In this document: in pieces, positions 51,016 to 63,718 of the stretch | How the letters are laid out: each line of letters opens with the position of its first letter | How positions within the stretch are numbered: the first letter of the stretch is position 1 | Assembly (NCBI RefSeq): GCF_006345805.1 | Contig: NC_042998.1 | Coordinates: 141,670,001 to 141,734,000 of the forward strand | DNA length: 64,000 nt | Direction of reading: 5' to 3' | DNA from: Octopus sinensis | Lineage: Eukaryota | Position numbers and translations under genes: made by a program | The notes under the pieces: model-generated | The model's database searches: none | What the model saw: the letters and a program-made list of their open reading frames with translations, nothing else | What the model was told of the DNA's origin: nothing

Positions 51016-51184
51016 AACGTAAAGTATACTAGCCATCTCAATATGGCTAACCACTAAGGATGGGTGTTACTGTAGCTTTTAGCCCCAGGAGATCATGGAG
51101 ACGATGATCTCCTGGGGCTAAAAGCTACAGTAACACCCACCCTTAGTGGTTAGCCATATTGAAATGGCTAGTATACTTTACGTT
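51016..51184. repeat. Inverted repeat, 81-bp arms, 7-nt loop, within (TA)n
   Basis: 51016-51096 vs 51104-51184: 79 of 81 positions complementary. Loop ggagacg. Confidence 0.95.
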
Positions 51185-53815
51185 ATATATATATACACGT
51201 TTATATATTTGCTTTTCAAGATTCTTGGCTAAACTGGCAACATGACCATTCCTAAATACAATATATATATATATATAACAGAAGTGGATTAGACATTTTA
51301 TAACAGTACTACACTTGTGAGAGTTCAAATCGCACCAAAGCCGTTTTTGTTTTTCATCCCTCCATGCCCAACAAAATAAGTAACGTACCTGGGCTTATCC
51401 CATTGTCTATAACCCACCTTTTCAAAAATCAACCTTGAGCTCATTTGCTTTTATGTTGGGTTTTCTATGCTAGCATGAGTTAAAAGAATACATTACTAAG
51501 GTGTAGCTTTATGATTTATTTTTCTTCCTGTCACTAACCCATACTTGTTCTTCAAGTAAAGGATCTCTTATTTCACTCATCTTTGATGGTGAAAAAAACA
51601 GCAGATGATTTGTTGACAGGAGAAATGACAGCAATGTCACCACTTGTAACTCAGCAATTTTTTGAGAAGTGCAAATGTAAACAAACACACACATGTGCAT
51701 ACAGGTTTGTACATAAACACACACACACAATACATACATACATGCATACACACACACATACATACATACATACATACATAAATGACAGGTTCTTTCAAGT
51801 TTCTCTCTAACTGAATCTGCTCACAAGACTTTGATTGATCCAGGCTACAGTTGAACAAAGAGCTATGCTGCAAGACTGAACCCAAAATAATGTGATTAAG
51901 AAGTGAACTTCTTAACCATACAGCCATGCCTGAGGAAGAAACCAGTAAAGTGTGCATTAAAGTAAATGCATCCAAGAGCCTAAAGAGGTTAGCTTATAAT
52001 GATCAGCACTTAAGAGTTGAAAACTGTTGAAATGAACAGGGTAAAAAACATCTGTCCAGGTAGGACAGTATCTGATAGCAAATGCCACACTCTAAAAATA
52101 TGGAATCTTTGTTGAATGAACTGTGGCATGAAGAATTTGGTATCTGGCTTGTCCACACATATGTACTATAAAATACCTAAACTCAAAAGATTCTGTAGTT
52201 TAATATCTTATTCACTCAGTCATTCCGCTTCAAGGTTTTAAAATAATGATTTAAGAGACGCTAGAATTTCTGTTATTCTATCACTTCTCTTATTAAAGTT
52301 CTGCACTGAATGTCAGCAGAAATATCACCGTCATCATTTAATGTCCATTTATCCATACTTGTGTGATAAAATGGAGTTTATTGAGGTTGATCTTCTATAG
52401 CTGGATACTCTTCTTGACACCAACCCTCAAGTAAGATAATATTTCCCCTAGTTAGACATGTTTTTCACAGAAGACTAAAAAACAAACAACCTTGCTTGTA
52501 TAACAATGATGCTCACTTACAACACATGATGTCAAGACAAATGTACACACAAACACACATTCATACATATACATATATATAGAATGGGTTTCTTTCAGCT
52601 TGTCAACAAAATTCACTTATAAGGCTTTTGTCAGCCAAGAGCTATAGAAGACATTTGCACAAGATGCTATGCAGTGGGACTGAACTCAAGACCACAAAGC
52701 CATGCCTGTACCTTATATACATGTGTGTGGTGGTTGGGGGAGAAAGAAACTGCTTGTCTTAGTATTGTGAAATAGTTGTAAACGAGTGTCACTCTCATAC
52801 AAGTGGTGTCATTTGTCCCTAATCTTCCATGAAAAGATGTCCAGTCATGGGTAAATATTACCTTGCTTGGAAACAAGTAGGGTTAGTGGCACCTAGCTAT
52901 AGAATACCTTACTCAATGAATTCTGTTTGACTGATGCAAGCATGGAAAGTTGAACATTAAAATGATGATGACGGTAGTCTGAGATATGATGGAGGTTTAG
53001 ATGCTATGATAATAGTAGAGAGGAGGAAGAGGAGGATTTTTTATGTAATATAAACAAAAATTTTTTTAAGGCAACTTTTTTCGGTTGTATTAGCATTAAA
53101 AAACAAGCTTTCAAAACATAGAGAATCGTGTGTCTAAGTGTTTAGATAAATATGTCGTAAAACATCAAGCAAACAATCTCCACTGTATTGACACATCTTG
53201 ATACCACACCCACTGTTTTACAAGCCACACCTCACCACTCCACACATTTATAACCTGCCAAGCACAGATGTTCAACCTCACTAGCAACATTCTATATTCT
53301 TGTTAATGCATGCTCACCATCAGAAACTAGTTTCATAGTACTGGAATGGCCTGATGGTATCACTGTACTAGACTACATTAAAATTGACAAGTTGTTCAAT
53401 AGAGTTTTGTACTTGTAAATCTGAAATCCTGCCATACTTTAGATCTAACCATTTAACCTTTCATTCTTTTGAGATTAAAGATTTTGACAAAATAAAGACT
53501 GGTTTACATACAAGAGAAAACAGGAAGAAAGGAAACTAACAGAAACCTACCATGTCATATGTCATTAACTCAGTTATTTAATCTGGTGACTTAAAGGCAT
53601 GCTTAATTAATTAAAAGTGATCAGAAATGAAGCTTTCAACAGTAGTTTAAGCCATTCTAGAGCTAACTTGACATAGCACTTGTTTACTAAATTTTATAGT
53701 TCATACATAATCTGTCATCTAAAGATATGTCTGTAGCAAAGACACTCAACACTCTCAGTATCAGAGGATACAGCTTAGTAAGCATAGAGGACAGTGTGTT
53801 CTCATATATTTTGAT

Positions 53816-53864
53816 AATTCATCTACATCCATAACCCTTGAGAGGTTATGGATGTAGATGAATT
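53816..53864. repeat. Perfect 21-bp hairpin, 7-nt loop
   Basis: aattcatctacatccataacc-cttgaga-ggttatggatgtagatgaatt. Confidence 0.95.
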
Positions 53865-55001
53865 GGGAGGGTGACTATGCTTCAGGTCTGACTGTTTCCT
53901 AGTTTACAGGTTCTATATTGTCTTTGCATTTGCTGCCCCCACTGTTTGATAACTAGTGTTGGTTTCTTTACACTCACTCAATTCAGGAGTTCAGAGCAAA
54001 ATGAATGGTTAGAATAAGTACTAGACTTAAAAATAAAAATAAAAAGTACTGGAGTTGATTTGTTTGACTAAAACCCTTCAAAGTGGTGCCCCAGTATAGT
54101 CACAATCCAGCGACTGAAACAAATAAAAGAAAGATAATTTGAACTGAGGATTGCATGCTACAGAACTTATTGGTGTTTTGGCTGAAATAAGTTCTTCAGT
54201 TTGAGATGTAATACATCAGTGAAGATGGGATAGGAATAGTTATTCTCTTCTGTTGATAGGCCAGCACCTCATTGATTTAACCTGCTACAATTTTTAGGTC
54301 CACATATTTCTTCCATTGTATATTTCTGTTGCAGGCACAGTGTGATCAAATGGTTAGGAAATTCCTGTTACAATCACGAGAACCCGAGTCCGATTTCGCT
54401 GCATGACAGCTTGGTTGAATGTCATTTTTTACAGCCTCAGGTCAATCCATACTTTGTGCGTGAAAATGAGAAAATGGAAAAAAATATATAGAAAGAAGCC
54501 TGTTGAACTGAAGGGGAAAGAAAGTAGGAATGTCAGCCTAGTATTTGTAATGTTTTGACGGAAAGTTTTAACTAGATTATTTTAAAACAAGAAGTTTGTA
54601 TTGTAGGACCAATGGCAGCCTCAGGTGGGTTGGTATGAGAAGGACAAACACGATTATGGAGTACCAAAATAAGACAAGGAACAAAAAAAATAAAAGGATG
54701 GTATTTGAAATTGTTCCTTAGAATAAAAGACTTCAGAGTGGTTTTCTTTTTTTGGTTTCTTTTACTTTTAACTTGTTGAGTCTTGAGGAAAGGTTGGTGC
54801 CCATGATCCTTGCAGTCCCTTCAAGACTGGTGAAGATGATATCATTAACGTTCCATTTAAATTGTTGCAGATTAACACTTGCAGGAAAGGTATGATTAGG
54901 GAGAAGATTCCAGAGGGCCAATGTTCTGAGTAGGAGGAACTGGGAATAGTGTTTAGTATAGGGCCAAGAGCTGGAGTGTGGTTGGATAAGGGTGACAAGA
55001 G

Positions 55002-55040
<39 letters not shown>

Positions 55041-55114
55041 AGGGAAAGAGGGGGAGGGAAAGAGGGGGAAGGAGAGAGAGGGATGGAGAGAGGGAGGGAA
55101 AGAGAGAGAAAGAA

Positions 55115-55537
55115 GTAGATATATGGTTGTGAGGTTAAGAAGCTCACTTTGCAACCATGTGATTTTAGGTTCAATCCCACTGTATGGAACCCTGAGCAAG
55201 TGTCTATTACAGCCCTGGGGCCTGACCAATAACTTTTAAATGAATTTGGTAGACAGAAACTGTGTGGAAGCCCATTATCTGTGTGTGTGTGCGTGTGTGA
55301 GAGAGAGCATGTATGTTTGTGCCTGCACTTGTCATCTCACCATCACTTAATAAATGGTGTTGGTTTGTTTATGTGCCAGTAACTCAATGGTTCAGTAAAA
55401 GAGATAGAGAGAATAAGTACCAGACTCAAAAAGAAATAGAAACATGAAGTCAATTTGTTCAACTAGAACCCTTCAAAACAGTGCTCCAGCGTGGCCACAG
55501 CCCAATGATTGAAACAAACAAGTAAAAGACAAAAGAT
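55115..55537 (+). mobile_element. SINE family A (A1 tail), full length
   Basis: Head, microsatellite, tail gaaacaaacaagtaaaagacaaaaga. Confidence 0.85.
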
Positions 55538-55628
55538 ATATACATATATACCAAAGAAACGATCGAGTCTTGGTGCACACTTGAGCTGATAAGTATGGGA
55601 ATCCAACAGTGGTCTGTTCACACATATT

Positions 55629-55842
55629 CTTTTCTACTCTAGGCACAAGGCTTGAAATTTTGGGGGAGGGGTCCAGTTGATTAGATCAACCCCAGTATGC
55701 AACTAGTACTTAATTTATTGACTCTGAAAGGATGAAAGGCAAAGTCGACCTTGGTGGAATTTGAACTCAGAACGTAAAGACAGACGAAATACCACTAAGC
55801 ATTTTGCCTGGCATACTAACGTTTCTGCCAGTTCTCCACCTT
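55629..55842 (-). mobile_element. SINE family B, well preserved, with 16-bp target site duplication
   Basis: A box (tggcagaaacg) and B box (gagttcaaattcc) on the minus strand. tctgttcacacatatt (55613-55628) and tctgttgacacatatt (55843-55858) flank it. Confidence 0.92.
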
Positions 55843-56229
55843 TCTGTTGACACATATTGCAATGGAAGGATGTGAAGTAAGGCCACTTTTTTTTTTCCTA
55901 AGTGAATAAATAATATGAGGTGGAGATTCTTATAGATAAACAATTTTGACATTGTATTCTTGCATCAAACACAGTTGATGTTTCTGGCAGATATCAAAGT
56001 GACAAAAAAAAAAACCTTGTTTTCTTTCTCATTTTTGTTGGGGAGGAAGACAAAGTTCTTTAAAGAAGAAATGGCAGCAAAAGTCTGCATGTTCGTGTGT
56101 GTGTGAGATGTGCAGTGGTTTGCAAATGAATGGAAAGATGAGGTGAGTCGTTAGTGAATAGAGAAATGTGGTGGGTCATAGTTGAAGAGATATGGCGTTA
56201 TCTATTGTCAAAGCCCTACACTTTTTCTG

Positions 56230-56254
56230 AATAATAATAATAATAATAATAATA

Positions 56255-56310
<56 letters not shown>
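56230..56310. repeat. (TAA)n microsatellite
   Basis: Visible. Confidence 0.95.
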
Positions 56311-56313
<3 letters not shown>

Positions 56314-56538
56314 GCGCAGATTCAATGTCAAATAAAATTGAGTTTTATTGAATAAATAAACATATAGTATAATAGCATACTTAGATATACTAAGATATAT
56401 ATATATATATATGCTGTCACTGCAGAATATAAAGATACAACATTTCATTGACTGACTGTCAATGCTGACATTGTTGTTGCTGTTCACTAGAATACTGTGC
56501 AGCTATGCTAAAAAATAAAACTGCAAATAAGTAAATAA

Positions 56539-56584
<46 letters not shown>

Positions 56585-57049
56585 GCACACATATTTAATA
56601 TATTTATATGAGACTGTGTAGTTAGAATGGTGCAGTTTGTTATGACAGCTAGAGAACATTAGCAAACACAACCTGACTCAACTGCCAATAACTGTTTCAG
56701 ATGGAACCAAAAGATACAGTTCCACAAACTACTACATGGCTGTCACAGTTTGAAAACAAATTCTACAAGCTATTATCACAGGAAAGGAAAAAAAAAACAA
56801 ACTAAACAAAACCTATTGTTTAAAAACACAAACTCATAAAATAAACATTTTTCCTCATTATTTTAAGATACAGTTTCCCATGCTTTGTTGGGGCAGATTT
56901 TCTACTGCTGGATGCTCTTCCTGAAACTAACTAGCATCTGTTTCCAAGCAATGTAATATCCCCCACCTCTCCACCAGACCACTGAACACAAACAGCACAA
57001 AAGCCAGATATGTTTTCATAGAAGATTGCAAATGAATGACAGTGTATGA

Positions 57050-58490
57050 GAGAAAATTGTGATGTCACAAGAGAGAAATGTGTCTGCATGGATGATGGTG
57101 CACTTGCTTTCAATGATTCTGCAAAGAAAGAGGCTTGAGAAGCCATTATGAAAGGCTGCTGAATGTGGAGAATGAATGGGAGGAGGAGAGTCTGCCAAAT
57201 GTTGATCCAGTAGAAGGACCAGCTACCTGAATAGATAAAGCAATTAAGGATATGAAGTCAGGAAAAGTCCCTGGCCCATCAGGAATCACTGCTAAGATGC
57301 ATAAAGTATCTGGTGGTGTGGGTTATGGCCTAGTCACTCATATTGTAAACCAGGTGGTTCACGAAGGAGTCATACCCAATGACTGGTGTAGCAGCACCAT
57401 AGTCAACTGTTACAAAGGTAAAGGTGATGCTTTAGATACAAATAACTACAGGGTATCAAACTGCTGGATCAGGTGATGAAGGTCATGGAGAGGGTCATAG
57501 TCCAACTAATTAGGGAGAGAGTCTGCTTAGATGAAATGCAGTTCGGTTTTGTGCCACGTAGAAGCACCACTGATGCTATATTCCTGGTACAGCAATTGCA
57601 GGAGAAATACCTAGCCAAAGATAAGCCAGTTGATGCAGAAATTGGGGATTGATGAGTGGTTAATAAGAGCTGTACAGGGATGGTATTAGTAAAGTAAGGG
57701 CCTGCAATGAGTATAGTGAAGAATTCCAGGTAGAATTAGGGGTTCATCAAGGATCAGCCCTCAGCCCCCTCTTATTCATTATAGTCCTCCAGGAATGCTG
57801 ATGACCTTGATCTCATAGCAGAATCACTACCAGAACTAGAGAAGAAATTTCAGGTGTCGAAGCAAGGTTTAGAATTGAAGGGCCTTAGAGTTAATGTTGC
57901 AAAAACCAAAGTCCTAGTAAGAAGGAAGACGAACACATCACAAACCCCTTTAGGTAGATGGCCCTGCTCAATCTGTAGAAAAGGTGTAGGTAGATACTCC
58001 ATAAGATGTACCCAGTGTAAGCTATGGACACATAAGAGGTGCAGCAGCATCAAAGGAAGGTTAACTGGGAAGATAACTTTTGTGTGCGGTAGATGCACAG
58101 GGGCAATAAACACCGCAGATGCTCAGAAAACAGATTCCATCACATGCCGGGGGAGAAACTAGAAGTAGTTGATAGCTTTCACTACCTAGGTAACTGAGTC
58201 TGTAGTGGGGCTGGATGCTTGGAGAACGTTACCACTAGAATAAGAATAGCCTAGCGAAGTTCAGAAAGCTTCTACCTCTACTGGTGACAAAAGGTCTCTC
58301 GCTCAGAGTGAAAGGTAGATTGTATGATGCATGTGTGCGAACTGTATTGCTACATGACAGTGAAACATGGCCATGACTACTGAAGACATGTGTAGGCTTG
58401 AAAGAAATGAAGCTCGTATGATCTGCTGGACTTGTAATGTCAGTGTGCACACAAGACAGAGTGTAAGGGCCCTCAGAGAAATGTTGGACA
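57050..58490 (+). mobile_element. RTE-clade LINE ORF2 (reverse transcriptase) fragment, truncated at both ends, with stops, frameshifts and internal deletions
   Basis: Across frames: KSGKVPGPSGI, IPNDWCSSTIVNCYKGKGDALDTNNYR, IKLLDQVMKVMERVI, EMQFGFVPRRSTTDAIF, GVHQGSALSPLLFIIVL, (Y)ADDL, GLRVNVAKTKVL, VDSFHYLG. Confidence 0.93.
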
Positions 58491-59692
58491 TTATCTTATA
58501 GCTTTGAGATTTTGATGATGCAATTGTTTATTTTAAAATGACATTTCAGGTTAGGTGTGAGAGGCTTGATCTGGTCAGTTTGAACATAAAACTGGTTGAT
58601 TTTAAAGCATATTGAAAAATCACTGATTTATGCATGTGTATGCACACGTGTGCACACACACATACGCAAACATGTGTAGTTAAGAAGTTTGCTTTGCAAC
58701 CATGTGGGTTTTGGCTTAGTGCCACTGTGTGGTACCTTGGGCAAGTGACTCCAACACAAATTCCTGGCTCTTTTAGAAGCAGATGAAGGAACACCTACAA
58801 GTCTTATCAGCTATAGTTCAGAGACCTTTCTCACCACCCCTTGACCCAGCTACATTAACTTGTCAAGCTACATGGCCTATCACTGCTGCTGTTGCTACAC
58901 CACACTACCCACTGCTACCCGCACCACCTAACTCAACCAACCACAACTACTAAAACAACTGACACACAAGCTAATGAAAGCAGTGCCTTTCATCAAAACA
59001 CATTCAAATGGCCAACCGATAACTACACATTTCGCTAAGTCCAATATTTTACTCCTTTTATTTAAAACGAGGAATAATTTCAGTACAATCATAGAAAATT
59101 TGCGTTAATATACTCTATCTAATCCATATCAACAATGGAAAGCGGACATAAATGTATGTATATGAGTGTGCGTGTATGTAGGTGTGTGAGTGAGTGTGTG
59201 TGTGTGTGCATACACATGCATAAATCAGTGATATTTCAATATGCTTTAAAATCAACATCTTAATTAGCTTACTGTAGCAATAACTTTTATAAATAATTAC
59301 AGCAAGAGAGATTTTTTTTCCTCCTGCAATGCAAATGAATTAGCAATGACTGGAAAATCTCACAACTTCTCTTCTAGCTTACTGTGACCTTCTGGTCGAT
59401 GGATAACTATAACTACTATTGAATATAAGATATGTCTATTCAAACTATGGATGTCGTGTAGTATATTTTGAAACTATATAAAAGCTGAATTTATTTGAGC
59501 ATGGTAAGCTTAAATTATGACTTATTCCCACTCGCCTGAAGAAAGGGAACTTTGTACAGTTGGAATAGCCCAAGGATAGTGGTGGGCATGGTACTGAAGA
59601 ATGAGAACTATGCATAAACCTTCAATCAATATCTGAGGAAGATACCATTAGCATGCAACAGCAGACTTGGTTGCACAGTATTTGTATATGAT

Positions 59693-59729
<37 letters not shown>

Positions 59730-60317
59730 CTCTTCTTCTTTCTCACAAAACCACATACATTCTCTCATAGAAAATGCATACATTTATATTTAAATACATT
59801 CTACATTATTTAACATTAATAATTCATTAGGAATTAGATAATATTCTGGTCATTTGTGCATGTATATATGTGTATATAAGCATATTCATTGCATATGTAA
59901 TCATGTATTTGCATATTATCATCATCATCATCATTTTAATGTCTACTTTTCTATGCTTGCAAGTGTCACAAAGACTATGTCAGGGCAAACCTTTCTACTG
60001 CTGGATGCCCTTCCTGACACCAACCTTTATCTTTTTCCAAGTAAAGCAATAATTCTCTTGTCTATCAAATAATGAACCACCCAGCTATGTTTACATACAA
60101 GAACTGGAAACAAATAATACTGTTTGCATGAATGGCAAAAGATCTTGCAGCATGTCAAGACATGCCAAGAAACCCAAACATGCTATCACAGTGAATTGAA
60201 AGAAAATAATGAGGCTTTTAGACTTGTTGCAAATAATCGGATCAAATATTTATTTTGTATTTATTTATATTTAACACTTACTGTGTAAGGTCCATATTGG
60301 ATATGGGACATAAACAA

Positions 60318-60800
60318 AGGTGCAGGCGTAGCTGTGTGCTAAGAAGTTTGCTTCCCAACCACATGGTTTCAAGTTCAATACCACTGTGTGGCATCTTAGG
60401 CAAGTGTCTTCTACTATAATAATAATTGAAATATTTATTTTGTATTTATTTAACACTTCTTTTACATTGTTTTATATTGACCTTACTGTGTAAGGTCCAT
60501 ATTGGATATGGAGCATAAACAAAAGTGCAGGGGCCAACCAAAACCTTAGGAGTGGATTTGGTAGATGGAAACTGAAAGAAGCCTGTCATATATATGTATG
60601 TGTGTGTGCGTGTCTTTGTGCTCGTTCCCACCCCACCACTTAGCAAGTAGTGTTGGTGTGTCTATGTTCCTGTAACTTAGCAGTTCAGCAAAAGAGATTG
60701 ATAGAATAAGTACCAGTACTTTAAAAAAAAATAGGTACTGGGATCAATTCATTTGACAAGAATTCTTCAAGGTGGTACCTTGAAACAAGTAAGAGATAAA
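60318..60800 (+). mobile_element. SINE family A (A1) interrupted by a copy of its own upstream flank
   Basis: Head stops at about 60418 and resumes at about 60531 (ggccaaccaaaacc). Confidence 0.8.
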
Positions 60801-60879
60801 AGATAAAAATGGAGAGAATAAGGAAGAGAGAGACTGTGTAGGATATCAATGGAAATTCCAAATTTAAATTTTATATCCA

Positions 60880-61265
60880 GGGTTGCTGTGTGGTTAAGAA
60901 GCCTGCTTTGCAACCTTGTGGTTTCAGATTCAGTCCCACTAAATGGTACCTTGGGTAGGTAAGTCTTCTACTATAGCCCCAGGCCAACCAGTGTCTTGTG
61001 AGTGAATTTTGTAGGCAGAAACAGTGTAGAAGTTCAAATGTGTGTGTGTGTGTGTGTGGTGTGTGTGTGTGTGTGTGTGTGTATCTTTGTGTTTGTCTTC
61101 AACCACTACTTGACAAATGGCATTGGTTTGTTTACATCCTCATAACTTAGCAGTTTTGCAAAGATACCAATAGAATAAATATCAGACTTTAAAAAAAAAG
61201 GTGCTGGGGTCAGTTTATTCAACTAAACCTTTTCTGTGACTGAAACAAATTGAAGATAAAAGATT
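60880..61265 (+). mobile_element. SINE family A (A1 tail)
   Basis: Head, (TG)n, tail gactgaaacaaattgaagataaaaga. Confidence 0.82.
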
Positions 61266-62120
61266 CTTTCAGATGCTAGTGTTTTAAATATTTTACATCA
61301 TAATCATCATCTGTTTAACATACACTTTTCTACATTAGTATGGGTCGGATGAGTATAACTTGCAGAATATTTTTGGCTTAATTCCAAGCCTATCATTTCA
61401 CCCATGAAGCTGTTTAGAACAGCTCACATTACAGAACATGATAAAATGAACAAAATGAAATATGATAATTAGTTGACCAGCTGGCACCGTTGACTCTCAG
61501 ATATAATTTTGAACAGGGTCCAGTTACAATTTCCCTAAAGATATGATGGTCATACATTAAATTTAATAGAATGCTAACTCAACTAGAATAATGTATTTCA
61601 CGTACTAATGTGAAAACATGCATTGCTGTAGGCTACAGAGTTAATATTGTAGCAGCAATATCTGCTTTTATTGCCGAGTTTGAAATTTCTATTCATTGAA
61701 AGATGGACGGACAATATAACTGATGAAATTACTTTTTAAAAGCAAGCCAACAGCTGTTTATTACAATCTCAGTAGTAATATCTCAGACTTAGCAAATCCA
61801 ATCTTCCAATCCCATCAATCCAATTTGGAGAATACTGGACCAAGCCAAGCAGAAATTCAGATACACTGCAGAGGTTTTTTTTTTTTTTTTTGAGAAGAGA
61901 AGGGCAGACAGATAGATACTGAAATTGTCACAAATTTATTGAAGAACAATAATTAAGGATTAGACAGTGATATCTTCCACTACATCACATCACTAAGTTT
62001 AAATGATAAAACAGTTTTTAAAAAATCCAAATTATAACTTCATGAGATAAAAGTTAAAAACAGCCTGAAACTAACCTGCAATATAATTAACAACAACACC
62101 AACAACAACAATAATAATAT

Positions 62121-62483
62121 TGGAAGTATCAGCACTCAACTACCAACATGGCTCAAAAAAATTGGTACAAAAGTTGATCAAAGAGAAAGAAGAAAAACTA
62201 AACAACTATGTGGGAAATATGAAGGTTGTGGTCAATGAAGAGAGTAGACATGATATCAGTAGTAATTGGTGCACTTGGGAGTGCCAGCAATCAACTACCA
62301 ACATGGCTCAAAAAGTTTGGTGCAAATGTAAAGATAGAACACCTACAAAAATCAGCATTGCTTGGAAGAGCAAGAATTTTTAGCAGGGTTCTTGAAGCAT
62401 GACCAGTAAACAAGTGTCACCTTAGTCTGCTGGTTGTCATCACACCCAGCAAAATAAGCTGAGAGTTTTCATCAAATAATAAT
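62121..62483 (+). mobile_element. R4/Dong-like (RLE-type) non-LTR retrotransposon 3' fragment
   Basis: VDMISVVIGALGSASNQLPTWLKKFGANVKIEHLQKSALLGRARIFSRVLEA* (stop 62400-62402), flanked by (AAC/AAT)n upstream and aataataat downstream. Confidence 0.8.
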
Positions 62484-63283
62484 TTCAGAGTTTGGCACAA
62501 GTCCAGCAGGTTCAGGGGAGGGTGCTAGTCAATTACATTGACCCCTATGCTCAACTGGTACTTATTTTATCAACCCCAAAAGGATGAAAGGCAAAGTCAA
62601 CCTCAGTTTGAATTCAGAATGTAAAGATGGGCAAAATGCCACTATGCATTTTGCCCAGTGTACTAATGATTCTGTCAACTCACTTGCCTTAAAAAAAAAA
62701 AATAATAATGGTTTCATTGGCCACAAGGGCCCATAAAATCAATATACGAAACATGTCAAAAAAGGAAGTTTCAAATGAAGCAGAGATGCACACACACAGT
62801 GTCAAGCTTCAATTTGTAACAAATTAGAAATAACACAGATTTGATTTAGTATGAATTATAAATTGATACCACTGTTCATCAAGTACAAATACTAAATTCG
62901 ATTAAGGAGGAATTTTTTAAGTGTGAACATTAAAAAATCTGTTTGTCTTATGACATGGTGACTCATCAGCAGTCAGTTTGCTTTTGGCTGTTGTCATCCA
63001 GTGATGATTTGCTGCAGTTATTTATGAATTTTCAAATACAGCTGGTATGCTGGTTGTCATTTTCAACTGATTGATATGGTATAGGGGGAAGATGCCACTG
63101 TCTATATTGCAATTATCTTAATCCTATAAGCTGCCCCCAGTAAATATGAAAGAAGGGAAAAATATTTCTATTGCCGAAAGAAAGAGATACTATGGCATGG
63201 AAGCAAGAATTTGATGTAAAAGGAGCTGTAGACATCGTGGTGATAGCAATTTGAAAATTGGCAGTAATCTTAGCATATATAAA

Positions 63284-63718
63284 TCATCATCATCATCATT
63301 TTAACATCCACTTTACCCACATTTGCATGGGTCAAGCAAAATGTATTAGGGTAGATTTTCTATGGTCAGATGTCCCTCTATCACTAACCCTCACCTTTTT
63401 TTTCCAAGTAAAGTAATATCCACCCCATGACCAGATATGTTTTCTTTTCATAGAGGATTGGAAATGATGGATACCACTTGTATTACAGAGACTCATTTAC
63501 AACCATCACATAATGTCAAGTCAAGGAAACAGCAACAAACACATACACACACAACAACAAGCTTCCTTCAGTTTTCGCCAACCAAATCCACTCAAAAGGC
63601 TTTGGTTAGTCTGAGGCTATAGTTGAAGACATTTGGCCAAGGTGCTCTACAATGCAGCTGAACCCAAAGCTATGTGGTTGGAAAGCAAACTTCTTAAACA
63701 CAAGGCCATGCCTACACC
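63284..63718 (-). mobile_element. SINE family A (A2 tail), full length
   Basis: (CAT)n, RTE-like tail and reverse-complement head. Confidence 0.85.

Noticed and set aside
56137-56148. Isolated consensus splice sites (GAG|GTGAGT at 56142, ttttag| at 8610, ttcag| near 30598, |gtaagt at 32861)
   Set aside because: They cannot be paired into exons with a consistent strand or reading frame. Such matches are common in 64 kb.
59530-59630. Two ctgaagaa motifs in a repeat-like segment
   Set aside because: No matching GAAA, stem III or stem I could be assembled.
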